A stretch of DNA of 64,000 nucleotides from Octopus sinensis (taxonomy: Eukaryota). Shown one piece after another: positions 12,532-26,648 of this stretch; within the stretch, counting starts at the first letter, position 1; each line of letters starts with the position of its first letter. A program made the position numbers and the translations under genes. The notes beneath the pieces are model-generated. The model did no database searches, was not told the DNA's origin, and saw nothing but the letters and a program-made list of their open reading frames with translations. The stretch spans positions 159,278,001-159,342,000 of the forward strand of contig NC_042998.1 of the NCBI RefSeq assembly GCF_006345805.1, in the 5' to 3' direction.

Positions 12532-12748
12532 AGGCGGCGAGCTGGCAGAAACATTAGCACGCCGGGCGAAATGCGTAACAGTATTTCGTCTGTTTTACGT
12601 TCTGAGTTCAAATTCCGCCGGGGTCGACTTTGCCTTTCATCCTTTCAGGGGTCCATAAATTAAGTACCTGTTGCGTACTGGGGTCGATCTAATCAACTGG
12701 CCCCTCCCCCAAAATTTTGAGCCTTGTGCCTAGAGTAGAAAAGAATAT
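12532..12748 (+). mobile_element. tRNA-derived SINE family B (central Deu/Nin-like domain)
   Basis: GGCGGCGAGCTGGCAGAA (A box)...GAGTTCAAATTCC (B box)...GTCGACTTTGCCTTTCATCCTTTCAGGGGTC.ATAAATTAAGTACC, tail TAGAGTAGAAAAGAATAT. The domain assignment is from memory of Deu/Nin SINE consensus. Confidence 0.75.
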
Positions 12749-12825
12749 GCATATTGGAATTTTCTCATCATGTTTGTTTGCCAGGTTCTCATTACTCAGC
12801 AGTATATTCAATGCTTCTTCAAGGT

Positions 12826-13184
12826 AAACTCTTTTACTCTTTTATTTGTTTCAGTCATTTGACTTCGGCCATGCTGGAGCACCACCTTTAATCGAGCAAC
12901 TTGACTATATTTTGTAACCCAGTTATTTTATCTTCAAGGTACACTCTTTTACTTTTTATTTTGTTTCAGTCATTTGACTTCGGCCATGCTGGAGCACCAC
13001 CTTTAATCGAGCAATTGATTATTCTGTAAGCCCAGTACTTATTCTGTCGTTTTGCCGAACCGCTAAGTGACGGGAATAAAACACAGCATCGGTTGTCAAG
13101 CAATGCTAGGGGGACAAACACAGACACACAAACACACACACACACACACACACCACAACACACACCACACACAAACACACACAG

Positions 13185-13237
<53 letters not shown>

Positions 13238-13415
13238 ATTATATATATACATATATATACGACGGACTTCTTTCAGTTTCCGTCTACGAAATCCTCACCA
13301 AGGCTTTGGTCGGCCCGAGGCTATAGTAGAAGACCTTGCCCAAGGTGCCACGCAGTGGGACTGAACCCGGAACCATGTGGTTGGTTAGCAAGCTACTTAC
13401 CACACAGCCACTCCT
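12826..13415 (-). mobile_element. SINE family A (12945-13415, near full length) plus duplicated 3' tail (12826-12925)
   Basis: Reverse complement of the family A head, body and tail; internal (CA)n(TA)n. Confidence 0.8.
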
Positions 13416-13429
13416 GCGCCTATAAAAGT

Positions 13430-14690
13430 CGCATTACTGGATAACGAGGTGTACAGTTTTTATTATTGAATATTCCATTTCTTATTTAATTTTTTTTTCT
13501 TTCAGTCCCCATATGAGGTCTGCTAGTGAAGTTGCGTGTCGTCTGTTTATTTTTCGGAATGACGAGATGTGGTTGCGATAACGGACTTTGAATTGGTTTT
13601 CCGTGGCAACTATGTATACATATTTATGTTGGGATGTGGAGATTGTGCATTTGTATAGTATGTTCTTTTGGAGACATTGATTCATAAGCGGACAAGCGGA
13701 TTTTCTACGGCATGTGCAGTTATTTGTACTATCATTATTATTATGTTTATCTCGGGACTTTTTGATTCTCTTTTCATGATGTTCCGTTTGATTGTTAGTG
13801 TCTGAAGCATTGTGGAATCAGCGATCTTTTTTATTTGTAGTCTGTCTTTTGTTTATTTTTGTTATTGGCCTTAAAGCTTGTGATGTTTTGTTCTCTGCTA
13901 GCAGACGTTTGTATGTTTAATTTCCTGTTTTTGTATTTATGTATGTAGTACTCCATGTTGTAAGATTTTGCGTACGGTATTTTCACTGTGTGCTTATTGA
14001 ATAAACAGTAGTATTTATGTGTTTAATGCTGCGATGAATTCCTTACCTATCTTGGACGATAGCTGGAGTTCAAAAATTAGATCATACTATTTGACCTCCG
14101 AATTTTTGTACCTTTTGTTTGGTTCTTTGATCCTTTTTTGTGTTGTGATTATGCGCGTCTGTATTCCAATTATTTCTATTATTTTGGGTTATATCTGTTT
14201 TCCTCCTATGCTTCCTTTGTCCCTCGGGTTTTCTCTTTTTTTATTGTTATTTGTTTGTTGATGTTATTCGTGTTATGTGTGCATTCTACCTTATTTGTGT
14301 TTGTGTTATTTGAGGTTTCGTTACTTTCAAACTTGATTTTTCCTTTATTTCTGGCCCTAGTTAACACTTCATTGTAGTATGGTGCATGCTGGTTGAATAT
14401 TTCCTCTGTGGCTGATAATCTTGGTATTCTGGTGGCTATGTTCTTAATTATTCTCTTGGTTGTGGATGGTGGATGATTGGAATTTACATATATGTATCTT
14501 GAGCACTCATTAGGCTTGTGGTATAGTTCATACAGACCACTTTCCAAATTAAAAGTCACATCTGGAAAGTTTACCTTACGGTAATTATAGTTTATGGTAA
14601 TAGAAAATCCGAAACGTCTAAAAAATTTATAGAGTTCTTTTCTGTATCTTTCTCGGATATTGGGATGTCTGTTAGCGAGAAGTTTAGATT
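13430..14690 (-). pseudogene. Penelope-like element fragment: RT C-terminal part + GIY-YIG endonuclease
   Basis: KELYKFFRRFGFSITI...VNFPDVTFNLESGLYELYHKPN...YVNSNHPPS (ORF 14206-14559); NQCLQKNILYKCTIS...YVYIVATENQFKVRYRNHISSFR (ORF 13482-13685). Frameshifted. Confidence 0.85.
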
Positions 14691-15214
14691 AAGTTTTTCC
14701 ATCTTTTGACCCTACGTAGAGGAGATAAACAGCCGACAACTGATGAAGAATCGTTCTTTATGCTACTTGTCTTGTTTTCCAGTACACTGATTCAAACAGT
14801 TGCCTCGACCAGTTATCTGGTTTTCTTCAGTGTCATCTAAGGTGTATTCTGTTAGGAACGTAGCAAAGTACAAAATAGAGCTCGTTTACCCTTAGAATTT
14901 CCAAATAGCCGGTAATGTTACGGTATACTTCTAAGTCTAGGTTTAGGCATTCATTGTAATCAGATGGGGCACAATTTAAGGATTCTTCGTTAAAGAACAT
15001 GTGGAATAAGCGTTTAATGACACACAAACACACACACACACATATATATGATGGATTCCCTTGTCGTGAGCGACAAATCAAGGTTCATTAAAATAAAGCA
15101 TTAATCGTGTTCTATGGACACGGATGTCTCTCGAGGCCTGCTGGTGCCTTGCAAATCTATTGGCTAATTGAACAAGTTGGGGACTCGGTTTCTTTGAGTG
15201 CTTGTGGGTCATTT

Positions 15215-15520
15215 ACTTAGCGTGCGGCTTAGTAGTTAGAGTATTCAGCTTATCATCGTAAGGTCGTGAGTTCCATTTCTGGCGACGCGTTGCGTCCCTG
15301 AGCAAGACACTTTATTTTTCGTTGCTCCATTCCACTCAGCTGGTATTTGAAATGGCCAGCCTTGTCACACTCTGTGTCACGCTGAATCTACTTGAGAACT
15401 ATGTTAAGGGTACATGTGCCTGTTGGAGTGCTCAGACACTTATACCTTAATTTCACGAGCAGGCTGTTCCGTTGATCGGATCAATTGCAACCCTTGTCAC
15501 CGTAACCAACGGAGTGCAAG
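15215..15520 (+). mobile_element. tRNA-derived SINE family C
   Basis: Head GCGGCTTAGTAGTTAGAG...GTCGTGAGTTCC, body CTGAGCAAGACAC, tail GTCACCGTAACCAACGGAGTGC shared with the minus-strand copy at 34258-34615. Confidence 0.65.
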
Positions 15521-15569
15521 AATATCACACACAAACGCACGCAAACACACACCACACACACACACACAT

Positions 15570-16000
15570 ACACACGTTTGAAGCCACTGTCTTTCACTGG
15601 GTCATTGTAATCTGATGAGGCACAACTTGAGGATTCCTCGTTAAAGGACATGTGGAATAAGTGTTTCATGATATTAACATGATTTTGAAGAAATGTGGCA
15701 TGCTTGGAATTTAATATACGGCTGATTTTCGTTAGGATTACTATTTGCCAGTATCTTAAAGTAGATTTACACAAGAGAAATTAAGGATACTTAGTTTCGT
15801 ATCGATTGCGATGTTTAAGTCTTTGAATATGTTAGTGAACTCCTTCTTAACAGCATTCATCGTGTGGTCAATCACACTTTGTAATATGAGAAGTCCATCA
15901 GCATTGCAAGGAATGAAATCCTTTGAATGAAATCCCTCCGAAAGTAATTTTAGGTTGCGCAATCCTATGAATGCATTACGCAGATCTCAGCCTCATCATA
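15570..16000 (-). pseudogene. Degraded Penelope-like RT fragment (short paralogue at 14900-15015)
   Basis: NADGLLIL...KKEFTNIFKDLNIAIDTKLSILNF (YRDDGL-type region) and HLFHMSFNEESSSCASSDYNDPVKDSGFK, matching the PLE thumb pattern LSSNEE.FN.AAP.YN.AL..SGF. Confidence 0.55.
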
Positions 16001-16291
16001 TGACCCCATTCCTACATCAAACAATTCAAGACCTTTAGGTTAAACTGTTAAAAAGAATTATCGTAAATTGGCAACAATTTTCTGACATTCCCTGAGACAT
16101 TAATTTGATTAAAACTTCTGCCGAATTCTAAAGATAATTTTTTTCCTTGAGAATGTGAGAATGGAATTAGTTATTGACGGGTAGAATTCTACTAAATCGA
16201 AACGTATAAATTAACGGTAACAGCTATATATATATTATTATGCGTGTATCTATGTGTGTTAATGTATTTGCGCGCACACATACATACACAG

Positions 16292-16342
<51 letters not shown>

Positions 16343-16859
16343 ATATAACAAAGCTGAGTTGTGGGGTATCGCACGAGTGGAATTATATACGAAAGAAGGT
16401 TTGAAAATGGAATTTAAAAGATGTTTATTTACTTAACCGGTTTCACTCTTTGGAAAAGGATTGTCAAAAGTAACATATGGAAGTTTGGTTGCGTTAATTA
16501 TTGGTTGTTGCAAATTGCTACATTACATGTATATATACAGTCTTTGGTAACAGGGACATGTTATGGACATAAAAAAGTACAACAATATGATGAGAATATA
16601 AAGAGGTTCAACAAGCTCATTGAAAAAATGGGCAGAAAAGATTAAAACAAATATATTATACATCTCAGAGTAATTTCCAGGAGGAAAAGTTCAGTACAGA
16701 ATATTATGAATTCAAAAAAATTTACATTAAGATTTACATTAATGTAGTGGTGAGGTTGTTTACTGACCTGTCCGTTTTAGCAGAAATGTGGAATTGAAAA
16801 AGATGTACCCGTTTTTTTCTTTTTTTTTGGCTCTCCTTCAAGCATCAATGATTTTGGGG

Positions 16860-18430
16860 TTAGGATGAGGTGAATATGTGTGTCTCTGCGTGTATGTGTG
16901 CGTGCATACATATACATGTGGTGTGAATAGATGTGTCTGTGTGTCTGTAGTATTTGGTCAGATGGTGTCTGTTTGTCAAGTGTGTGTGGTTGTCATGGTG
17001 TTGTGTGTGCGTGTGTGTGTGTGTGTGTGCGTGCGTGTGTACGCATGTATGAGTGTGGATGGCATTTGACATGGTGCTGCGTGTGTATATATGTGCCTGT
17101 ATGGAGGTGAGATTGGTGTGAGTGTGTGTGTCCCTGTGTGCGCGCACATACACGTATACAAGTGTCAGCGTGTGTGTGGGGGCTGTTTTTGATTGGTTCC
17201 ACGGTGGTGAAAATAGATGTGTGTTGTTTAAAGAATTTTTTGGGGTAGGATGGTGTGTGTATACATGCGTGCCCGCCCGTGCGCGTGCGCGTGCGTGCGC
17301 GTGCGTGCGCGTGCGCGTGCGTGCGCGTGCGCGTCTACGCGTGTGTGCGGGCCATACACACACTACATATACATATATACACACACACACACATACATCA
17401 TACACACACACACCACACACACACACACAACACACATACACACATAATATACACACACACACAACACACATACATACAGAACACACACACACACAATGCA
17501 CATACATATAATACACACACACAACACACAAATATAACATATATTTATATATAATATACACACATATACACCTAACACATATACATACAATACACATACA
17601 CAGCATATATATAATACACATACACAATATATACATATAACATACATACACAATACATACATATAATATATATATATAGACAATGCATATACATATATAC
17701 ATATATACATATATATAATGTTTACATACACATACATAAATATACCACATATACACACAATATGCATACATACAATGTATACATATAGATATACACATAC
17801 ATATAACATATATACACATAACATACACATACACAATGCATACATATATATACATATAATGTATATACATGTATCCATACATATACAACACACATACAAT
17901 ATACATATATAAAATGCATATATACATATACATATACACATAATGTACACATACATATAATATACATTTACACAATGCACATACATATATATATATATAT
18001 ATTCACACATATACACATACATATATATATAATGCACACACACACACACAAAATACATACATATAGCGTACACACACATATCTACATACCACACACACAC
18101 ACAAACAATGCACTCACATATACACATATACAATGCATACACACACACAACACACACATATATACATATATCTAAAACATATACACATATAAATACATAC
18201 ACACACACAATGCACACACACGCGCACACACACACACACACAACGCACACACACACACACACACAACCCACACAACACACACACACATACATAACATACA
18301 TATATATAATGCATGCGTGTGCGTGCCGCGTATATGTGTGGTCAATGCCTGCTAGTGCGCCCTATGTGTGCCGATGCGTGCATGTGTCCGCTTGCATGAT
18401 ACGTTGCGAGTGTGCGCGTGTCTTTGTGTG
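16860..18430. repeat. ~1.6-kb cryptically simple alternating purine-pyrimidine region
   Basis: GT-rich half, a (GCGT/GC)n core at 17279-17345, then ~1 kb of CA/TA almost free of G on the plus strand. Confidence 0.85.
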
Positions 18431-18457
18431 ATTGTTCTGGATGTGTACCTAGGGGGT

Positions 18458-20950
18458 ATGTTAGAGTATGTTTAGTTGTGGTCTGTATTTTTTAATAAGA
18501 TTACTTTCCCTATTTATTCGTGTTTGGTCTGTGGTGTTGTCCGAGCATTGGTATAGTGGGAAGACTAAGAATTTGGGGGACTTATTGTGTGCACAAAGGT
18601 CTAAGTGTCCACTTAGTGGTATCTGTCTTGTGGAGGGGTCCCTCAGTTGTTGTCGGTGAACTGTCATTCTTTCTCTGAGGGTAAGGCTCGTTTGCCCTAT
18701 GTAGTCTTCGTGGCATCCTTCACACCTTATGACGTAGAGTAAATTTTTTGATGCGCACGTGAAATTATTTTTTATGATGAATGTGTGTCCCGACCGGAAC
18801 TTGTACGTCGATCCCTCAATAAGGTGGATGCAAGTCCTGCAGTTGGGGCGACCACATTTTTTGATGGTGGGCGGTGAGTTTGTGTTGTGTAATTTTGCGT
18901 TGGTGAGGAGGTTTTTTAGGGATTTAGGTTGTCTCTTACTTTTTATTATTTTATGAGCTGCCAGTAATTTTTTCAGGCGTGGGTCTTGATTTAGTTGTGG
19001 AATGTTGTTGTATATAATAGTGTAAGCTTCTACATTCCTTGGGTTGTGTGTTGAGAGATAGGGGAGGCTATTTACTGTACTGTGGATGTGTTTAGGTTTT
19101 CGTAGGTCTTGAGTGTTGATTGATTTGGCCCGTTCTATTCGGTTGTCTACTAGTGATGCCGGGTAATGTCTTTCGAGAAGAATTGCCCTTAGTTCCCGGA
19201 GTCTTCTATTTCGTGTTGTGTCATTTGAGACAATTGTGCAGATTCTTCTCGCTAGGTTGAAGGGGATATTTGTCTTTGTGTGTTTTGGGTGATTGGAGGT
19301 GAATAGAAGGTATTGTTTAGAGTGAGTGGGTTTGTAATGGATGTCAGTTTCAATGTTGACGCCTTTTTAATGATTAGAATGTCAAGAAAAGGGAGTTGGT
19401 ACTGACTATATTCCATTGTGAATTGAATGTTGTTATTTACACTGTTGATAAGGTTTTTGAAGTCAATAAGTTGGTCGAGTTTGTGGGACCATAGGATGAG
19501 GCAATCATCTAAGTAGGGTTTCCAGTTCTCCAACAGGTATTTGTGGAAAGACTGCCCGTACTTATATTTGGATTTTTCATAGATATGTGATTCCAGGTAG
19601 GCCATCACCAGGTTTGCATAGGTAGGTGCAACTTTCGTACCCATTGCAGTTCCTGAAACGTGTCTGTAAGTGTTGTTATTGAAATTCATGAAGTTGTTTT
19701 GCAGAATAAATTTGAGGCCCTCAATGATGAATTCTTTTTTTATTCTTTCCGGGATCTCATTGGGATATTTATCCAGCCAGAATTTAATGGCTTCTAGTCC
19801 ATATTCATGTGGGATTGTGGTGTAAAGATTAATTACATCAAAGGAAACGATTAAAGTGTCTTTATCGGTATGTTTGGGGAGATGATTTAATAGGTCCAGG
19901 TCATCTCTTACAATACTTGGAATTGTGTTTCAGTATTGGTTTTAGATGATATCTATAAAGTTGCTAAGTCTGTGTGTTTCACAACTTGGGCCTGCCACTA
20001 TTGGTCTCAGTTTGAGATCAGTGGGATGTGGTATAGTGATGCAGGTTGAAGTGGACTTTTTGCAAGCTTCTGTGATAATTTGACTCTTGTGTATTTTTGG
20101 AAGCCCATACAGTGTGCTGGTTTTGCAATTAAAGTTTATAATGTAGTCGCATTCCTTTGCTGTTAAGTCATTCCGGTGTTGGTAAATGAGTGCCTTCAGT
20201 TTGGTCATTGTTTTGGATTGCTGGTAGTCGATTACTCTTTCATAGTATGTGGTATCCTCTAAAAGGAGAGATACAGAGTTTTTATACTGCTCAGTATTCA
20301 TAATAACGACCGTACTACCCTTATCAGCTTCCTTTATTGTGACATCATGATTGTCTCGTAGCGTATGGATGATTTCCCATTCTCTTTTACTGGTGTTGGG
20401 TTTGGGTTTAGGTTGTGGGAGTTCACCATAAGGGAAGTTTGAGTTGTAATCGCAAAATTTGTCTAAGGCTTTGTTTTTGCCTTTTATGGGATTATAGCTG
20501 CTTTTGTTACGGACCATTGATTCGTCGTTATTATTAGTTTCCTTGTCAAAAAATTCCTCTGTGAGGCGTAATTTTCTGCAAAAGTGTGAGATGTCATCCT
20601 GTATTTCCCTCAGGTTAGGGTATTGCGGAGTTGGGGTGAATTTTAGTCCTCTTGAAAGGATTTTTATTTGTGGTGTCGACAGGTTTAGGTTAGAAAGATT
20701 CACTATTTTTGGTTTTTCGGGGTTGGTATCTACCATCTGGTGTCGTGGAAACTGATGCCCTTGCCTAAAAAAGGAATCCTGGGGGTTCTTCTATCTGCGG
20801 TATTTTGGTGTATGTGATTCTTTCCTCCGTTGATATGTTGTCTGTTGAAGAGGTTTTGGTTGTTCCAGGGTCTGGGTTGTTGGTGTGGCCTCCTGGAAGA
20901 GTTTTGGTTATTCCAGGGTCTGAGTCCTTTTCCAAAGAGTGAAACCGGTT
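18458..20950 (-). mobile_element. Nearly full-length Penelope-like retroelement (Neptune-like): RT + GIY-YIG, inactivated
   Basis: ORF 19942-20736 (NLSN..LS.GLKF.PTP; DKGSTVV; YGLPKIHK; LRPIVAGP). After frameshifts: SFDVINLYTTIPH, GTAMGTKVAPTYANL, PYLDDC, FTME...LPFLD. Then TCASKNLLYVIRCEGCHEDYIGQT...RMTVHRQ...RPQLN (18461-18770). Confidence 0.92.
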
Positions 20951-20994
20951 AAGTAAATAAACATCTTTTAAATTGCATTTTCAAACCTTCTTTC

Positions 20995-21030
<36 letters not shown>

Positions 21031-21105
21031 TTGAATGCATACGTAAATATGCACAGATACACAAACACACGCATAATTACACACAATATATACGATATAT
21101 ATATA

Positions 21106-21488
21106 TAGCAAGTAATGATCGCAGCCACTTCAAGATGGATGTTTCGTTCGAGCGGAAGCCCGATACATTGCAAGCAGGGCAATGAACCACTACCATCTTC
21201 TAGCGACGAGACCAATATACCAGTTTCATTTCGGGCTATTTCTGCTTCTATTCAGTACAGGACACCTCGTCTGCTAGAGATGACAGCATGCAACTGTGCA
21301 TCGTTAAAGAGCTAGAAGAGACGGCTCCTTGGGATTAAAAATCGCAGGAAATTCCGCTCGAACGGAACAGCCATGTTGAAGTAGCTACGAACATTATTTG
21401 CTAGTACAGCTACTGCGTTCACCACTTAGAGAGATTTTAGAAGTAGCAGTTTTGCTTGTTGCAAAACCAGCATATGTGTGTCGCTTGA

Positions 21489-21490
<2 letters not shown>
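21106..21490. mobile_element. Repeat family copy 1: ~52-bp terminal inverted repeats (21106-21157 / 21352-21403), hammerhead-like cassette on minus (21212-21261)
   Basis: TIRs pair by eye. Minus strand: cctgta CTGAATA gaagcagaaatagccc GAAA tgaaactg GTA tattgg. Confidence 0.6.
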
Positions 21491-21536
<46 letters not shown>

Positions 21537-21850
21537 TTGCGAGCAGAAGCGATCTACTGCCATCTCTAGCAGACAACGTGTCCAGTACTGAAGAGGGACA
21601 GAAATAGCCCGAAACGAGACTATTATGCTGGTCCCGTCGCTAGAAGGTGATAGAGGCTCGCTCCTCTGCTCGCAATATATCAAATGCAGCTGTACATCAT
21701 TAACCAGCTAGAGAAGATGTCCTCTTGGGATTAAAAATCGCAGTAAATTCCGCTCGAAAGGAACAGCCATGTTGAAGTGGCTACAGACATTACTTGCTAG
21801 TACAGCTACTGCGATCATCTCTTAGAGAGGTTTCAGAACAAGCTTTTTAG

Positions 21851-21853
<3 letters not shown>
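21537..21853 (+). mobile_element. Repeat family copy 2: hairpin 21537-21675 with hammerhead-like motif at its tip (21582-21631)
   Basis: ccagta CTGAAGA gggac-agaaata-gccc GAAA cgagacta TTA tgctgg. Flanked by ~40-bp complementary arms; the downstream ~170 bp match copy 1 in the same orientation. Confidence 0.6.
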
Positions 21854-21890
<37 letters not shown>

Positions 21891-22083
21891 CTAAGAAGAA
21901 AAATAAGTGAAAATGCACATTGGAAATCAAGAAAGTAAAGTTTTTTCTTATGAAAAGTAACGATAGATATATACAATTAGATGAACGGAGGTAGGAATAA
22001 AAGTCATTATTGTAAATTGTTAAAGAGATTTAAAAGCATACCGGTTTCGTAAAATTACTAATCATTGCTTTCAATGTACACCG

Positions 22084-22127
<44 letters not shown>

Positions 22128-22439
22128 GCGTATACATGGTTTGGTGAAAGCTTATGTTTACAAAGGAAAAGTACACAATACATAAAGATAGAGTGTGTAT
22201 ATTATATTGGCAGATGAAAATTATTGAATTGCAATTTTAGACACATAGAACTTTTCTATATTGATCTTCACAATGTTACCCACTATCTATGGTAAAGCAC
22301 CACTATGTGACTGGCAAACTATAATTCTGTAACGGACAAATAAACATAAAAATAGGAAACGGGGTAATATGTGGTATAATGCTGGTATTATGCACCATGT
22401 AGTCCAAATATTGGTTCCAGATTTTGTAGTATATTTCTA

Positions 22440-22680
22440 ACGTTTATAAATAGACATTTTCCCTTGGAGTTCAATTAGAAGTAGTGTGAAGGTGAGCTAA
22501 AATTTATGCTCAGCGGACTTTAGGGAAATTCAAGCCACAAGGAAATGAACATTCGAATGGGTTTTAGGTATGCCCCGTATAATATTTCACTTTCTGCTTT
22601 TGCATTTATGAATATAAGCGTTGTTCTGTGTGCTGTGTATTCTATTTTTGAAGCCATTTTCTTTTAATGTCATTGTCATA
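22440..22680 (-). pseudogene. Highly degraded Penelope-like linker fragment
   Basis: LKENGFKNRI...K*NII...P..SNV resembles the PLE motif ALK.SGFK...RNIIWFNPPYS.NV; many stops. Confidence 0.35.
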
Positions 22681-22814
22681 AAAGGCAGCACGAATAAAGA
22701 ATTCGTTTTCAAAGGGCAGACTGGATATGCAATTACTAATACTCATTATATATTTATATCTTCACCTTAAGTTTTGTTTTTATTCTTTATTTCTGAGAGT
22801 AGCACATTCTAAAA

Positions 22815-23995
<1,181 letters not shown>

Positions 23996-23999
23996 GCTT

Positions 24000-25200
24000 A
24001 TGAGGTTATTGTATCCTAGCATATATGCTGCCTCTTTTAGTTTTCGTATTTTCCAGTGTCTATTATTTTAACTTCATCCCACAGGAGAAGGTGGTCTCCG
24101 CTTTTCCATACATGATCAGCAGTATCCGATTTTACAACATCCCGTGTCACAGTTTTTCGATGTTCCTCTACCCTTATTTTGAGTGGGCGACATGTTCCGC
24201 CTTTGTATAACTTACCACAACTAATGGTGGTTTTACTCGAAAGAGATATTTGCGAAGTGTTGTATTACTCTTGAATACCGTCCTGATGTCATATGGACTG
24301 CATGTCTTTGTATCTTTTCCGAGAGGCCTTTCACATAGGGTAGACAGACTGTCGTCAGTTTACGGGTCTCATCCTCTCTCCTCTTCCTAATTGGAGTGGA
24401 TAGTTATGTGTTTCGGGTAGTTGTTGCTTAATAGATCGTAACTTAACTTGATCAGTTAACTTGGTGTGTATCAGGATCGCTACTTATATTCTTTGCTCGA
24501 TGTTTTAGGCACTGAGCAATCCCTCACTTCACACTGTATGGATGGTGGGAATTGAATTTGAGGTATCGTCCAGTGAAGAAAGGCTTACGGTATATGGAAG
24601 TCCTGAATCCATGCTTAGTGCGTGTTATTAATACATCCAGGAATGCTAGCTGATTGTCTTTTCCTTTTTCCATTGTGAACTGTATGGATGGCTTTATTGA
24701 GTTCACATGATCTAGCAGGACTTGGACATCTTCCTGGTGGGGGCCAGAGTATAAAGGTGTCATCAAAGTAAGGTTGGCTTTAGTTGTGGTGATCCTAAAG
24801 TCAAGTCCTCAAAGTATTCCATGTATATATTGGCTATTATTGGTGATAATGGCGAACTCATAGCTAAACACTCATCCTGTCGATATATCTCAGTATCTAC
24901 TCTGAAGTAGGTAGTTTCTACACAGAAGGTCAACATTTCCATCAAGTTTCCTATTGGTTTACATCTTTTAGATGTGTCCATCACTAGTTTTTCTTGAATC
25001 ACTGATAGCGCTTCATCAGTTGGGACTTTGGTGAACAGACTTATCACATCTAGACTTACCATTTCGTTGGATCCAATGGAGGTATTCTCGATCAATTCTG
25101 TGAAGTGTGTGGAATTCTTCACATATGATGTTGACTTGTCTGCTAATGGAATGATTATATCCACAAGGATATCAGTGGATGATATGTCCAACATCTACCG
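24000..25200 (-). pseudogene. Penelope-like element (Poseidon-like), 5'-truncated RT + GIY-YIG remnant
   Basis: STSYVKNSTHF...VSLDVISLFTKVP...LAMSSPLSPIIANIYME (24763-25194); FDDTFILWPH after a deletion; IQFTMEK..DNQLAFLDV...YRKP..TGRYL..NSHHP (24524-24766); DHVWKSGDH..LWDEVKII near 24070-24130. Confidence 0.85.
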
Positions 25201-25274
25201 CTCACTCTGGGTCTTAATAGAATACCATCCATGTGAATCTTAGGGAGACTGTGCATGTGTGGTAGCTTAATGTA

Positions 25275-26250
25275 GTGCACATATGATTAGAATATGAGAA
25301 CCGGTACTAAGGAAGGATACAGAAATATTAGGTTTATAAGCCCTAAAATTCACTCTATAATTGCCCACGGGCAAAGAGCGTTATAGTTAAGAGCGAAGGC
25401 TACTAACCCCAAGATTGCGAGTTCAATTCCAGGCAGTGCCTTGATTAATAATAATCATAATAATAAATATAATAATAATAATAATAATAATAATAAATGC
25501 CCTGATGCAGTACCAGGCAGTGGCTCTCATGGCTTCTGATCTAACTGATTGGAAGTGTTATCATGTACATTGTTTTGTCTTGGTATAAAAGAGCTACAAC
25601 AAATATTCTGCTCAATACCACAGATTTGCTTGTCAGTTGTTTGACCTTAACCAGTTGAGCATGTCCCTTAGTGGCTGACAATATGTGCATCTCCGATCAT
25701 GAGCAGAAGTAGTGGGGGAGCATCATAGCTGTGTGTTGAAAAGAATTCTTAGAGGTTTGGATAATTCACCTTCGGAAACAAGGGTGGTTCTTTCAACATC
25801 CTTAAACAACCCTTATTCAGGGACCTTTTGAGCGGGATGGGCTACTCAACCTGAAGAAAATTCTAACTGGGCCCCACCTGCAAGGTCATGTGCTGTTTAT
25901 ATTGATATGAGATCACCATGTCGCGCACATATGGTTGTGATGCATGTGCCTGGTGTACCCTTATCAGACGGGTAGTCATGATGGGTATATTGGGCTTCGT
26001 ATATTTTACCCCAGTGTCACTTTGATGGCATGAACTGCTCTCTCACTCAATAATAATAATAATAATATCATCAGCAAAAAAATACCTTAGGGTTGGGTTC
26101 AAAATACTACTAGGGTACCTGATGGAGGTTGGAGAGTAAATCAGCCGAAACGTTGTGGTAACAACAAACAAGATGAGGATACATATCTGTCTTATGTAAA
26201 TAATGAACAGAATTCCTCATCTTAAAAATATAGAACAACAGTTTCTCATG
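25275..26250 (+). repeat. Right (inverted) pseudo-LTR arm: tRNA-like head (25368-25440) + (AAT)n + degenerate hammerhead (26113-26160)
   Basis: 25275-25420 is the inverted counterpart of 23843-23995. B box GAGTTCAATTCC. HHR: CTGATGG aggttg-gagagtaaat-cagcc GAAA CGT T gtggta. Confidence 0.7.
25496..26048 (+). mobile_element. ~555-bp (AAT)n-associated retroposon, copy B (full length)
   Basis: Starts AATGCCCTGATGCAGTACC and ends CTCTCTCACTC(AAT)n; six copies in the window. Confidence 0.85.
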
Positions 26251-26524
26251 TAGATATATTGTAGCAGACGTATAGATGTTCCACTGTTTATGTTGTTTGT
26301 TTTTTGTTTCTTTTTTCTTCATATTCCCCTACGTGTATAAAGTGAACATCTTTTTTGATAAGAGTCAATTGATGATCATTTGCTGAATGAGACACGAGCA
26401 TATATTTTTGTGAACACGTCGCCTCTAGAATCCAGATATCATGTCTGGAAAAAAATGTGTGTACGTATACATACAATATATAGTAGTGGTAATAGTGGTA
26501 GTAGTAGTATAGTAGTAGTATAGT

Positions 26525-26558
<34 letters not shown>

Positions 26559-26597
26559 TAGTTGTTGTTGTTGTTTGTTGTTGTGTGTTTTGTTGTT

Positions 26598-26648
<51 letters not shown>

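Noticed and set aside
14733-14805. Hammerhead at CTGATGA 14740
   Set aside because: Stem II (gaatc/gattc) forms, but GAAA lacks its G and stem I cannot be assigned. The paralogue at ~9020-9085 (minus) is even more decayed.
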